Program-made: the position numbers and the translations under genes | Shown here: piece by piece, positions 27,207 through 37,807 of the stretch | Position numbering within the stretch: position 1 is the stretch's first letter | Layout: every line of letters begins with the position of its first letter | The notes under the pieces: model-generated | The model's database searches: none | Seen by the model: the letters and a program-made list of their open reading frames with translations, nothing else | Told to the model about the DNA's origin: nothing | NCBI GenBank assembly: GCA_002863085.1 | Contig: PKDT01000006.1 | Coordinates: forward strand, 14,595 to 78,594 | DNA length: 64,000 nt | Reading direction: 5' to 3' | Source of the DNA: Flavobacteriales bacterium | Lineage (GTDB): Bacteria > Bacteroidota > Bacteroidia > Flavobacteriales > TMED113

Positions 27207-29634
27207 CTTAATAATTTTTTTACTGATATTAATTAATACTTGCGTTGTCTTTTCGCAAGAAGAAAACCTAAATGGTAATTATATTTTAGGGCAAGTTGAA
27301 ATTACTGGACAAAATAAATTAGATAAGAAGTCTGTTTTAAATGTTATGAATCTTAAAATTGGTCAAAAAATTAACACCAACGGAGAGGAAATAACTAATG
27401 CAGTGAAATCTCTATGGAATCAAAATATTTTTTCTGACATTAAAATATTTAAAATTGAGAAAGAAAATAAAATTATTCACCTGGAAGTTCTTCTAAATTC
27501 TTTGCCTAAACTATCAAAATTTAAATTTACTGGCATAAAAAAATCAGAAGAAGATGATTTGAGAGATAAAATTAGACTTAAAGTAGGTATGTCGGTTAGC
27601 TCTAGTCTTCTCAAGAATTGTACAGAAAAAATAAATAGTTACTTTATTGAGAAAGGGCGTTTAAACACAAAATGTATTGTTGAATCAGTCACCGACAGTG
27701 TAAACTTCAACTCTGTAACACTCAATTTTAACATAATTGATAATCACCGAATTAAAATCGATGAAATTTCGTTTAATGGAAATAAGAGCGTGAAAACCTC
27801 AAAGCTCAAAAAAACTATGAAGAATACAAGAGAAAAAAGTTTAAGATTCCTTTTCTCATCATCCAAGCTCGTAATGAAGCAACTTGAAGAAGATCTAGTT
27901 TCAGTTAGAAGTTTATATAATTCAAAAGGTTTTCGAGACTTCAAAGTAACTGATTACAGTATTTCTGAAATTAATGATAATGGTTCTGTCAGAATAGATA
28001 TTAACGTTGATGAAGGTGATCAATATTTTTTTGGTGACATCTCATGGTTGGGTAACAAAAAGTATGATTCTGAAAAACTTTCGGAAATACTTTCTTTGAA
28101 AAGAGGAGATATATATGACTCATCTTTACTAGACGAGAGAATAAATATGAGTAGAAATGGTGATGACATAAGTGCTCTTTACATGGATGACGGATATCTT
28201 TTTTTTCAAATTAATCCATTAGAAACTTTTGTTGATAGCACTAATCACATAAATCTTGAAATACAAATCAAAGAGGGCAAGCAGGCACTAATTAGAAATG
28301 TTAAAGTTGAAGGGAATACCAAAACAAACGATAGAATAATCATGAGGGAAATTAGGTCGTTACCAGGCGAGTTATTTAAACGATCTGACATAATAAGAAC
28401 GCAGGAAGAATTCAACAGATTAGGATTTTTTAATCCTGAATCCTTGGGTGTTACTCCTTTACCTGATCCTGAAACCGGTAATGTTGATATATATTATTCA
28501 GTAGAAGAAAAGCCAGCAGATCAAGTTGAATTACAGGGTGGCTGGGGAAATGGTATGTTTGTTGGTTCTTTTGGGGTGAGTTTTAGTAATTTCTCAACTA
28601 GAGGTATCAAGGATAAAACTACATGGTCACCTCTGCCAACTGGCGATGGTCAAAAATTAAGACTAAGAGCACAATCTAACGGTTCTTACTATCAAAATTA
28701 CAGTGTCTCGTTTGAAGAACCGTGGCTCGGAGGAAAGAAGCCAAATTCTTTTTCTATTGCGCTTTGGAAATCGATCCAATCATTCACTGAGGGCTCAAAA
28801 ATGGAAATTCTTGGATTCAGTATAGGACTTGGAAAAAGAGTTAAATGGCCCGACGATTATTTCACAATAAATAACTCGATTAATATTAACAGGTACGAGT
28901 TGGAGGATTATCAAACATCACTATTTGATTTTAGTGATGGATACTCCAACAATATAAATTTTTCAACTACAATTTCTAGGAGCTCTGTATTTAACCCCAT
29001 ATATCCAAGATATGGGTCTCGTTTTTCTGTTAATTTAGAAGTTACTCCGCCATACTCACTTTTTTCTGATAAAAACTATGAATCATTAAATGATCAGGAA
29101 AAATTTAAATTTCTTGAGTACAAAAAAGTTAAATTTAATGGAAGCTGGTATAATTCGTTAATTGGTGATTTAGTAATTAAAACACATTTTGAATTTGGAT
29201 TTTTATCTGCATATAACAAAGAATTAGGCATCCCTCCATTCGAGAGATTTTTTGTAGGTGGAGATGGTTTAAGTGGTTATTCATTAGACGGACGTGAACT
29301 AATTTCTCTAAGAGGGTATCCGAATAGTTCCTTAAGCCAAAATGACGGCTCACCAATATATGGGAAATACAATATGGAATTAAGATATCCAGTATCACTT
29401 AATCCCAGTTCAACTATTTATGTATTATGCTTTATGGAAGCAGGAAATTCTTGGAATGAAATGAATAAATTTAATCCATTTGATGTCAAAAGGTCTGCTG
29501 GAATGGGAATTAGAATTTTTATGCCAATGTTTGGTATACTTGGAGTTGATTTTGGACATGGGTTTGACAATATTCCTGGTTACAATGTAAAAAGTGGATG
29601 GCAAACTCATTTTACAATTGGGCAACAATTTTAA
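27193..29634 (+). CDS. bamA: Outer membrane protein assembly factor BamA
   Basis: POTRA repeats are followed by an Omp85 barrel that ends ...WQTHFTIGQQF. I chose the TTG at 27193 as the start because it gives (M)KKNSLIIFLLILINTCVVFSQ, a clean signal peptide. The ORF-track ATG at 27070 lies 137 nt inside uppS. Confidence 0.8.
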   Translation: MKKNSLIIFLLILINTCVVFSQEENLNGNYILGQVEITGQNKLDKKSVLNVMNLKIGQKINTNGEEITNAVKSLWNQNIFSDIKIFKIEKENKIIHLEVLLNSLPKLSKFKFTGIKKSEEDDLRDKIRLKVGMSVSSSLLKNCTEKINSYFIEKGRLNTKCIVESVTDSVNFNSVTLNFNIIDNHRIKIDEISFNGNKSVKTSKLKKTMKNTREKSLRFLFSSSKLVMKQLEEDLVSVRSLYNSKGFRDFKVTDYSISEINDNGSVRIDINVDEGDQYFFGDISWLGNKKYDSEKLSEILSLKRGDIYDSSLLDERINMSRNGDDISALYMDDGYLFFQINPLETFVDSTNHINLEIQIKEGKQALIRNVKVEGNTKTNDRIIMREIRSLPGELFKRSDIIRTQEEFNRLGFFNPESLGVTPLPDPETGNVDIYYSVEEKPADQVELQGGWGNGMFVGSFGVSFSNFSTRGIKDKTTWSPLPTGDGQKLRLRAQSNGSYYQNYSVSFEEPWLGGKKPNSFSIALWKSIQSFTEGSKMEILGFSIGLGKRVKWPDDYFTINNSININRYELEDYQTSLFDFSDGYSNNINFSTTISRSSVFNPIYPRYGSRFSVNLEVTPPYSLFSDKNYESLNDQEKFKFLEYKKVKFNGSWYNSLIGDLVIKTHFEFGFLSAYNKELGIPPFERFFVGGDGLSGYSLDGRELISLRGYPNSSLSQNDGSPIYGKYNMELRYPVSLNPSSTIYVLCFMEAGNSWNEMNKFNPFDVKRSAGMGIRIFMPMFGILGVDFGHGFDNIPGYNVKSGWQTHFTIGQQF

Positions 29635-29639
29635 TTTAT

Positions 29640-29647
29640 TAAATTTG
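29640..29647 (+). promoter_or_regulatory. Bacteroidetes-type -7 promoter box (TAAATTTG) for skp/ompH
   Basis: This is a perfect TAnnTTTG match, 5 nt after the bamA stop and 18 nt upstream of the ATG at 29666. Confidence 0.45.
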
Positions 29648-29665
29648 TTAGAATAAAACTTTAAT

Positions 29666-30166
29666 ATGAAAAAAATAACAATTTTAATACTTGCTATTTG
29701 TTCTGTTTTGCAATCTCAAAATATTGCATACGTTGATAGCAAATATATTTTAGAAAAAATCCCTGACTTTGAATCAGCTCAAGAAGAATTAAATGCAATA
29801 ACGCTAGAATGGCAGGAAGAAATTGACATCATGAAAAAAGAAGTTGAACAGCTTTACAGAACATACCAAGCTGAACAATATCTTCTTCCAGATGAAAAAA
29901 AGAAACAAAGAGAAGAAACAATAATTAGCTTAGAAAAAGAGGTCAAACTGCTTACCAAAAAGCGTTTTGGCCCTAATGGTGATCTTTACACCAAACAACA
30001 AGCGCTAATTCAACCAATACAGGACTTGATATTTAGTGCAGTAAATGAATTCGCCGAAGAGTCAAAATTTGATATTATTTTTGATAAATCTTCTGAACTG
30101 ATTATGTTGTTTTCACACCCAGATTTGGATAAAAGTGATGCAATTATTGAAAAATTAGGTTACTAA
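29666..30166 (+). CDS. OmpH/Skp periplasmic chaperone
   Basis: A signal peptide is followed by a coiled-coil-rich 166-aa sequence (IAYVDSKYILEKIPDFESAQEEL). It lies directly downstream of bamA. Confidence 0.75.
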   Translation: MKKITILILAICSVLQSQNIAYVDSKYILEKIPDFESAQEELNAITLEWQEEIDIMKKEVEQLYRTYQAEQYLLPDEKKKQREETIISLEKEVKLLTKKRFGPNGDLYTKQQALIQPIQDLIFSAVNEFAEESKFDIIFDKSSELIMLFSHPDLDKSDAIIEKLGY

Positions 30167-30182
30167 CATAAATATTTAAAAA

Positions 30183-30689
30183 ATGAAAACAAAATACTTT
30201 TACCTACTTATATGTCTTACAGTGTCTCTGACAAGCTTTTCTCAACAACTAATTGGACATATAAATTCCCAAGATATCATTTCAGTTATGCCCGAAGCTG
30301 CAACAGCCCAAATTGAACTTCAACAAGAAGTCGAGGACCTACAAGCTCAAGGACAAATGATGGCGACTGAATACGAAAGTCAATTGAAAGACTTTCAAAT
30401 TAATCAAGAGAATATGTCTGATGCAATCAGAAATGACAAACTCAAAAGCCTACAAGACTTAGAAGAGAGAATTACACTATTTCAACAATCTGCTCAGCAG
30501 AGCATCCAACTAAAAGAGGCTGAATTATTTGAACCAATTCTTCTAAAAATTCAAAACGCGATTGATGAAGTATCAAAAAAGGAAGGATATTCTTATGTTT
30601 TTGACATTGGAGGAAGTGTTGGTAGTCTTGTTTATAAAAATGATACACATGACATCACGAATCTTGTAAAAGCTCAACTAAATCTCTAA
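30183..30689 (+). CDS. OmpH/Skp periplasmic chaperone (second copy)
   Basis: A signal peptide is followed by IGHINSQDIISVMPEAATAQIELQQE. This is a tandem paralog. Confidence 0.75.
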   Translation: MKTKYFYLLICLTVSLTSFSQQLIGHINSQDIISVMPEAATAQIELQQEVEDLQAQGQMMATEYESQLKDFQINQENMSDAIRNDKLKSLQDLEERITLFQQSAQQSIQLKEAELFEPILLKIQNAIDEVSKKEGYSYVFDIGGSVGSLVYKNDTHDITNLVKAQLNL

Positions 30690-30694
30690 TAGTT

Positions 30695-31498
30695 TTGGGT
30701 TCAAATAAGCCTATTGGAATTTTTGATTCTGGCATAGGAGGACTTACTGTTGCAAATTCTATAAATAAACTTCTTCCAAACGAAAAAATTATTTATTTTG
30801 GTGATACACTTCATTTACCTTACGGGAGCAAGTCTCCTGAAAAAATTAATAAGTATTCTGAAAAAATTGTAAAATTCTTGCTAGAAAAAAATTGTAAAGC
30901 TATTGTGTTTGCATGCAATAGCGCATCATCAACTTCTTTTGATACTATTACAAAAAAATATTTCGAGCAAACAACATTTTTTAATGTAATAGAACCTGTT
31001 ATAGATTACATAAAATCAAGTAAAAATATTAAAACTGTCGGAGTCATTGGAACAGAAGCTACCATCAATAGTCAAGTCTATTCAAAAAAAATTTCTAAAA
31101 CAAAAAAAAATATTTTAGTTAAACCCATGGCCACCCCTTTACTGGCGAGTTTGATTGAAGACAATAAGTCTGTTTTTTTTTCCAACAGTATTTTAAAAAA
31201 ATATCTTCAAAGCAAACTGCTCAAAGGAATTGATAGTCTTATTTTAGGATGTACTCATTATCCAATTATAAGCCAAGAAATAAGCTCGTTTTTTAAAGAT
31301 TCAATTGAAATAATTTCATCTGACAAGCTACTGAGCTGCTATTTAAATAATACTCTTAAGAAAAAAAATTTACTTAGTAGTAACGTAAATCCAATCAGAC
31401 ACCAATTTTATATTTCCGATTATTCAAAAAGTTTTCAAATAAAATCGAAGATGTTTTTTAAATCTGAAATTATACTAGAAGAACAAAATATATTTTAA
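30695..31498 (+). CDS. murI: Glutamate racemase
   Basis: Motifs IGIFDSGIGGLTV, ACNSASS and GCTHYP are present. The start codon is TTG. Confidence 0.85.
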   Translation: MGSNKPIGIFDSGIGGLTVANSINKLLPNEKIIYFGDTLHLPYGSKSPEKINKYSEKIVKFLLEKNCKAIVFACNSASSTSFDTITKKYFEQTTFFNVIEPVIDYIKSSKNIKTVGVIGTEATINSQVYSKKISKTKKNILVKPMATPLLASLIEDNKSVFFSNSILKKYLQSKLLKGIDSLILGCTHYPIISQEISSFFKDSIEIISSDKLLSCYLNNTLKKKNLLSSNVNPIRHQFYISDYSKSFQIKSKMFFKSEIILEEQNIF

Positions 31499-31539
31499 CA
31501 AATATATTGTATATTTCAGTATAAATTTCTTCTAATACC

Positions 31540-32115
31540 ATGGGCACTACATCTCCATATATAATCTATTCCGAATCTACACCAAACCCCGATGTCATGA
31601 AATTTGTTAGCAATAAAATTTTAACTGACAAATCAATTGAATATCTTAAAATCGAGGACACAGAAAACAACACATTGATTAGAAAAATCTTCAGTCTTCC
31701 ATTCATCAAGGAAATTTTCATTTCTAAAAATTATATTTCTGTAAAAAAACACAATAATATTGATTGGATTGATGTAACAAATCAACTTAGGATTCTAATT
31801 CAAGAAAGTTTGAATAAAGGGGTTATAATAATTGGTCAAAAGAAAAAAATCAAAGTAAAAAAAACTAAAAAATCTAATTCAATATTATTAAAAAAAATTG
31901 ATGAGATTTTAGACAAATTCATAAGACCAGGAATTCATATGGACGGTGGTGACATTGAGCTCATAGAATGCACAGGTGGTGTTTTAAAGGTTTTTCTCAA
32001 AGGAGCATGTAGCGGATGTCCATCCTCACAGATGACTCTAAAAAATGGCATTGAAGCTATTTTAAAAGACAAAATACCAAATGAAGTTAAAGAGGTTGTA
32101 GCTATTAATTATTAG
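31540..32115 (+). CDS. NifU/Nfu family iron-sulfur cluster assembly protein
   Basis: An Nfu_N-like N-terminus (TPNPDVMKF) is followed by a C-terminal NifU motif (IRPGIHMDGGDIELI...GACSGCPSS). Confidence 0.75.
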   Translation: MGTTSPYIIYSESTPNPDVMKFVSNKILTDKSIEYLKIEDTENNTLIRKIFSLPFIKEIFISKNYISVKKHNNIDWIDVTNQLRILIQESLNKGVIIIGQKKKIKVKKTKKSNSILLKKIDEILDKFIRPGIHMDGGDIELIECTGGVLKVFLKGACSGCPSSQMTLKNGIEAILKDKIPNEVKEVVAINY

Positions 32116-32122
32116 ATTTTAA

Positions 32123-33652
32123 ATGAAAAAAATAAAAAGAGTTCTAATTTCACTTTTTGATAAAAGTAAGATATTAAAAAGTATTGATGTTTTTAAAAAG
32201 TATAACATTGAAATTATTTCTACTGGAGGAACAAAAGATTTCCTTGTAAAAAACGGGTGCGAGGTTAAATCAATAGAAGAAATAACAACATATCCATCCA
32301 TACTTGGTGGTCGCGTTAAAACTCTTCATCCAAAAATTTTCGGAGGTCTTTTGTATAGATCTGATAATTTAGATGATATCGCAGATCTTCAAAAATTTGA
32401 TATTGTTAGTATAGATATGCTGGTTGTTGATTTATATCCATTTGAAGAAACAATTAAAACAACAAGCGACGAAAATAAGATAATCGAAAAAATTGACATT
32501 GGAGGCGTTTCGCTTATCAGAGCTTCAGCTAAAAATTATAAAAATGTTTTTGTTGTAAGCTCAATGGATTCATTAGATAAAGCAATATCTATCATAGACA
32601 TAAAAAATGGATACACAGACATAAATGACAGGATACTTTTTGCGAAGAAAGCATTCCGGACAACATCACATTACGAAATGTTAATTTCTAATTATTTTAA
32701 TGAACAAGCTGAACCAATCAATGAAAGTGTTGAGGGGCTAGTAAATTTATTTCAATCATCAAAAAAACTTAGATACGGTGAAAACCCTCACCAGAAAGCG
32801 GAATTTTTTGGAAATTTAAATGAGGCTGTTGAACAATTAAGTGGCAAAGAACTATCGTACAACAACCTTTTAGATGTTGATGCAGCAATTAATCTAATTA
32901 ATGAATTCAAAGAAACATCTTTTGGTATAATAAAGCACAATAATGCGTGTGGTTTTGCCTCTGACAAAAGTTTATTAAAAGCATGGAATAAAGCACTAGC
33001 AGGTGATCCAATATCGGCTTTTGGTGGTGTATTGGTCACTAATTCTAATCTAGACAAAGATGTTTGTAATGAAATCGATAAACTTTTTTTTGAAATTATA
33101 ATTGCTCCTAGTTATGACAAAACTGCTCTAGAAATATTAAAAAGAAAAAAGAATCGCATTATATTAATGAAAAAAAATACTAACTTACAAAAGGACATGT
33201 ATAAAACCGTTTTAAACGGAATCCTGTTTCAGGAAAGAGATTTTATAACTGACGGTGAGACATTAGTAAATGTATCCCAAAAAAAACCTTCTAAAAAACA
33301 AATGGAAGATCTATTATTTGCGAGTAAAATATGTAAGCACACAAAATCGAATGCAATAGTATTGGCATCCGACAAACAACTTATCGGATCAGGGTGTGGA
33401 CAAACTTCAAGAGTTGATGCACTAAAGCATGCAATAAGTAAAGCAAATCAATTTGATCTGGATTTAAATAATTCGGTGATGGCCTCAGATGCCTTTTTCC
33501 CCTTTCCAGATTGTGTCGAAATAGCAAGCAAATCAGGCGTGTCTGCAGTTATACAACCTGGTGGTTCTAAAAACGACAATCTTTCTATTGATTTTTGTGA
33601 CAAGAATAACTTAACTATGGTATTTACAAAAACAAGACACTTTAAACATTAG
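32123..33652 (+). CDS. purH: Bifunctional AICAR transformylase / IMP cyclohydrolase
   Basis: Motifs STGGT, GGRVKTLHPKIFGG, IDIGGVSLIRASAKN, YGENPHQ and VIQPGGS are present. Confidence 0.9.
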   Translation: MKKIKRVLISLFDKSKILKSIDVFKKYNIEIISTGGTKDFLVKNGCEVKSIEEITTYPSILGGRVKTLHPKIFGGLLYRSDNLDDIADLQKFDIVSIDMLVVDLYPFEETIKTTSDENKIIEKIDIGGVSLIRASAKNYKNVFVVSSMDSLDKAISIIDIKNGYTDINDRILFAKKAFRTTSHYEMLISNYFNEQAEPINESVEGLVNLFQSSKKLRYGENPHQKAEFFGNLNEAVEQLSGKELSYNNLLDVDAAINLINEFKETSFGIIKHNNACGFASDKSLLKAWNKALAGDPISAFGGVLVTNSNLDKDVCNEIDKLFFEIIIAPSYDKTALEILKRKKNRIILMKKNTNLQKDMYKTVLNGILFQERDFITDGETLVNVSQKKPSKKQMEDLLFASKICKHTKSNAIVLASDKQLIGSGCGQTSRVDALKHAISKANQFDLDLNNSVMASDAFFPFPDCVEIASKSGVSAVIQPGGSKNDNLSIDFCDKNNLTMVFTKTRHFKH

Positions 33653-33657
33653 GGAAC

Positions 33658-34698
33658 GTGAGAATATTTGATTTTTTTACTGAAGATATTGCTATTGATT
33701 TGGGGACGGCAAACACGTTAATTATACATAACGACAAGGTAGTAGTTGATGAACCATCAATTGTTGCAACTGAACTTAAAACGTCTAAGGTTATTGCTGT
33801 TGGAAGTAAAGCCCAACAAATGCACGGCAAAGCTCACAGAGGAATTGAAACAAACAGACCATTAAAAGACGGAGTCATAGCTGATTTTGATGCTGCTGAG
33901 CAGATGATAAAAGAATTTATTAAAAGTATTCCTTCTCTTCAAAATAGATTTTGGGCACCATCACTAAGAATGGTTATATGTATTCCGTCGGGAATCACCG
34001 AAGTTGAAAAAAGAGCTGTTAGAGACTCCGCTGAAATTTCAGGAGCTAAAGAAGTTTATTTAATTCATGAACCAATGGCTGCCGCAATTGGAATGGGAAT
34101 CGAGGTCCAAGAACCAAGGGGGAATATGATTATTGATATAGGTGGAGGTACAACAGAAATTGCTGTGTTGTCCCTTGGGGGGATTGTCAAAGATAAATCT
34201 ATTAAAGTAGCTGGTGATATTTTCACTTCGGATATCAGGTACTACATGAGACAAAATCACAACCTTGTCATTGGAGAAAGATCTGCTGAAAGAATAAAAA
34301 TTGAAGTTGGTGCTGCATTAGAGAATCTTGAAGATACAGAAAAGGAATTGCCACCTAACTGGGAGGTCCAAGGAAGAGATCAAACTACTGGTAAACCCAA
34401 AGCAGTAGAAGTGTCCTACAAAGAAATAGCTCGTGCCCTTGATGCATCAATAAAACAAATCGAAGATGCTATAATGCAAGCTCTTGCAATGACACCTCCT
34501 GAACTGGCCGCAGATATTTATAACAGTGGAATATATTTAGCTGGTGGAGGAGCTATGCTCAGGGGTTTAGACGACAGAATCAGAAATAAGACTGATTTGC
34601 CAGTATATGTAGGAGAAGATCCCCTACGTGCTGTTGTTAGGGGAACAGGAATAGCATTGAAAAATATTGATCAATACGATGGGGTACTAATGAGGTAG
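33658..34698 (+). CDS. mreB: Rod shape-determining protein MreB
   Basis: Motifs IAIDLGTANTLI, PLKDGVIADF and IDIGGGTTEIAV are present. The start codon is GTG. Confidence 0.9.
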   Translation: MRIFDFFTEDIAIDLGTANTLIIHNDKVVVDEPSIVATELKTSKVIAVGSKAQQMHGKAHRGIETNRPLKDGVIADFDAAEQMIKEFIKSIPSLQNRFWAPSLRMVICIPSGITEVEKRAVRDSAEISGAKEVYLIHEPMAAAIGMGIEVQEPRGNMIIDIGGGTTEIAVLSLGGIVKDKSIKVAGDIFTSDIRYYMRQNHNLVIGERSAERIKIEVGAALENLEDTEKELPPNWEVQGRDQTTGKPKAVEVSYKEIARALDASIKQIEDAIMQALAMTPPELAADIYNSGIYLAGGGAMLRGLDDRIRNKTDLPVYVGEDPLRAVVRGTGIALKNIDQYDGVLMR

Positions 34699-34701
34699 TT
34701 T

Positions 34702-35508
34702 ATGAATAGAATTTTTCAGATACTTGTAAAAAATCATGTATTTTTTCTATTTATTTTTCTTCAAACATCAATACTATTTCATCTCTCATCAAAACAATTA
34801 ATTTTTGGAAGCTCTATTAACAAATTATCTACTTCAGTTCAAGGTAGAATTTTAAGTTTTGAAAGAACAATATTTGAATACTTTAACTTAAGGAAAATTA
34901 ATGAACAATTAATCAAAGAAAACTATGTTCTATTCCAGCAAAATATTCAACTAAAAAATCACATACAAATTAAAAAGGTAAAAGAAACATCAGACTTTCT
35001 CGTAGCAAAAATCTTAAAAAATAGTTGGAATAAAAATAGAAACTTTATTGTGATTAATTTGGGGTCTAAAGATGGTGTTTTAAGTCAAATGCCAGTAATG
35101 AATAATAATAGTCTTGTTGGAATGACAGTATCTGTTAATGAGAACTTTTCAACGGTCATAAGTTTGATAAACACAAGTTTAATGATTAGCGCAAAAATTA
35201 AAAATACTGGACATTTTGGAACGCTAAGTTGGAACGGTATTAATTACTCTGTTTTACAACTAAGGGATGTACCTAAAAATGCAGTTCTTAGAGTTGGCGA
35301 CACAGTTGTGACTAGTTCATACTCAAATATTTTTCCTGAAGGTTTGAAAATTGGTAAAATTTCAAAAATTAAAAATGAGAAAAGCACCAATTTTATGGAA
35401 ATTGACGTTGAATTATTCACAGATTTTACAAGCCTAAATAGTTTGTACTTGAAAGAAAAAAAAGACAAAAAAGAAAGAAATCAAATTGAAGAAAATATTT
35501 CGGAATGA
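34702..35508 (+). CDS. mreC: Rod shape-determining protein MreC
   Basis: The gene sits immediately after mreB. It has an N-terminal TM segment, a coiled coil and the motifs VGDTVVTS and FPEGLKIGKI. Confidence 0.7.
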   Translation: MNRIFQILVKNHVFFLFIFLQTSILFHLSSKQLIFGSSINKLSTSVQGRILSFERTIFEYFNLRKINEQLIKENYVLFQQNIQLKNHIQIKKVKETSDFLVAKILKNSWNKNRNFIVINLGSKDGVLSQMPVMNNNSLVGMTVSVNENFSTVISLINTSLMISAKIKNTGHFGTLSWNGINYSVLQLRDVPKNAVLRVGDTVVTSSYSNIFPEGLKIGKISKIKNEKSTNFMEIDVELFTDFTSLNSLYLKEKKDKKERNQIEENISE

Positions 35509-35978
35509 ATTTAATGAAATTGTTTATTACAGCTTCTCTACTACAAATTCTAATTTTTAATAATTTTTATTTTGGGGGTCACATTAACCCTTTTTATTAC
35601 ATAGTTTTTATATTTAGTATTCCGCCTTCGATAAATGGGTCAAAGCAATTAATACTTTCGTTTTTAATAGGTTTGATAATAGACTTATTTACATATGCAC
35701 AAGGTATTCACTGCTTTTCAACTGTACTAATTTGTTATGTTAAACTACTAATGGAAAGAAAAAAAGTCGATCAAGAAAACACTAAAGAAATAATAAACTC
35801 ATCTTGGTCACATTTCGTTTCATTGATAGTACCACTAACAGTCATTCACCATTTTTCCATTTTTTTTCTTGAAATATTTTCTACCAAAGAGTTTATTACA
35901 ATAACTTATCACACAATATTTAGTTCAGTATTCACTCTACTTTTTATTGCAATTCACAAAATTATAAGAACTAAATAA
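35505..35978 (+). CDS. mreD: Rod shape-determining protein MreD (putative)
   Basis: This 157-aa multi-TM protein lies in the canonical position between mreC and mrdA. The call rests on synteny. Confidence 0.5.
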   Translation: MNLMKLFITASLLQILIFNNFYFGGHINPFYYIVFIFSIPPSINGSKQLILSFLIGLIIDLFTYAQGIHCFSTVLICYVKLLMERKKVDQENTKEIINSSWSHFVSLIVPLTVIHHFSIFFLEIFSTKEFITITYHTIFSSVFTLLFIAIHKIIRTK

Positions 35979-37807
35979 TGAAAAGAAAATTTGACTTTTA
36001 TTCATCAAGGAAACTCATTATTATTTTTACTATATCTCTTGCATTCGTATTGTTAATTACAAAATTATTTACAATTCAAATTATTAACCATGAGTACAAA
36101 TTATCTGCTCAAAATAATGTGGTCCGTGAAATAATCAAGTATCCCGAAAGAGGATGGATTTATGACAGAAATAATGAACTTTTAGTATCTAATCAGAGAG
36201 CTCATGATTTAATGGTGGTACCATATCAAATTAATAGTCTATTCGATACAACAATGTTTTGTGAAATATTTAGTATCTCGGAAAAAGATTTTGAAAGTAA
36301 AATTAATAATGCAAAAAAATATTCAAATTTCAGACCGTCAGTATTTATAAAAAATATATCAAAAAAAAAATTTGCTGACATTCAAGAAAGTCTACATTTT
36401 TTTTCAGGATTTTATTCACAACCTAAATATACAAGAAACTACCATACTAAGTCTGGTGGTAATGTTTTTGGCTATATAAGTCAGATTTCAAAAGAAGAGC
36501 TAGAACTAAAAAAAAATTATTCTAAAAACGACTTAATAGGGACAAGTGGAGTAGAAAGAGTTTATGAAAATATTCTTAAAGGAGTTAAAGGGGTAGAAAA
36601 AAAAGTAGTTGATGTTCGTGGTAGATACATTGGAAGGTATGATAATGGTAGACATGATACTTTACCCACAAAAGGCTCAGATATCATATTGAGTATTGAC
36701 ATTAAATTACAAGAATATGCCGATTCTATGATGAGACATAAAAAGGGGAGTATTGTAGCAATTGAACCTAAAAGCGGTGAGATACTATGTTTGGTTTCTA
36801 GTCCGTCATATGACCCATCATTACTTATCGGACAAAATCGAAATCAAAATTACAGAACATTATATCTAGATCCAATGAAACCATTGTATGATAGGTCAAC
36901 TTCAGCCCTTTATCCACCCGGATCGATATTTAAGCTTGTAAATGGTCTAATAGCTCTGAATGAGGGGGTTATAACAAAAAATACTTTATTCAAATGTAAT
37001 AAGGGGTGGAACTTTAAATCAATTCTTAATGTCGGATGTCATTCTCATAAGTCACCTCTTGACCTTAAACAATCAATTGCGCAGTCCTGTAACGCATATT
37101 TTTGTAACACTTTTCAAAGGATTATATCAAAAAAAAAGTCATCCGCTGAAGCTTTAAATATGTGGGAAAAATATACTAAATCTTTTGGATTAGGTGATTA
37201 CATCAAAAGTGATCTATTTAGTGAGAAAAAAGGGCACATTCCAAATGCAAACTACTATGATAAATTATATGGCAAAAAAAGATGGGGCGCTTCAACATGT
37301 ATTTCACTTGCAATTGGCCAAGATGCGATACTATTAACTCCTATCCAAATGGCTAACCTTGCAACCATTATGGCAAATAGAGGCTACTATATTAAACCTC
37401 ACCTGTTCAAAAAGATACCCAGTAAAGGAAATTCAAAAGAAACAAAAAATCAAGAAAAAAACTACATTGATATTGATGTTAAATTTTTTGAAACTGTCAT
37501 TGATGGGATGGAAGAAGCTGTTATTGGAGAATTTGGAACTGCAAAGTATGCAAAAAATTCTAATCTAGATATATGTGGAAAAACAGGGACTGTAGAAAAC
37601 CCACATGGCGACGATCACTCAGTTTTTATTGCTTTCGCACCAAAAGATGATCCACAAATTGCAATTGCTGTTTTGGTAGAAAATGGTGGATGGGGAAGTG
37701 ATTTAGCTGTTCCCATTGGAGCATTTAGTATAGAAATGTATTTGAAAGGCTATATCAAAAATAAAGAAATGGAAAACATAATACGAAATAAAAAAATTAT
37801 TTACTAG
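35978..37807 (+). CDS. mrdA: Penicillin-binding protein 2 (elongasome transpeptidase)
   Basis: Motifs SxxK (GSIFK), SxN (SCN) and KTGT are present. The gene is 609 aa. Confidence 0.85.
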   Translation: MKRKFDFYSSRKLIIIFTISLAFVLLITKLFTIQIINHEYKLSAQNNVVREIIKYPERGWIYDRNNELLVSNQRAHDLMVVPYQINSLFDTTMFCEIFSISEKDFESKINNAKKYSNFRPSVFIKNISKKKFADIQESLHFFSGFYSQPKYTRNYHTKSGGNVFGYISQISKEELELKKNYSKNDLIGTSGVERVYENILKGVKGVEKKVVDVRGRYIGRYDNGRHDTLPTKGSDIILSIDIKLQEYADSMMRHKKGSIVAIEPKSGEILCLVSSPSYDPSLLIGQNRNQNYRTLYLDPMKPLYDRSTSALYPPGSIFKLVNGLIALNEGVITKNTLFKCNKGWNFKSILNVGCHSHKSPLDLKQSIAQSCNAYFCNTFQRIISKKKSSAEALNMWEKYTKSFGLGDYIKSDLFSEKKGHIPNANYYDKLYGKKRWGASTCISLAIGQDAILLTPIQMANLATIMANRGYYIKPHLFKKIPSKGNSKETKNQEKNYIDIDVKFFETVIDGMEEAVIGEFGTAKYAKNSNLDICGKTGTVENPHGDDHSVFIAFAPKDDPQIAIAVLVENGGWGSDLAVPIGAFSIEMYLKGYIKNKEMENIIRNKKIIY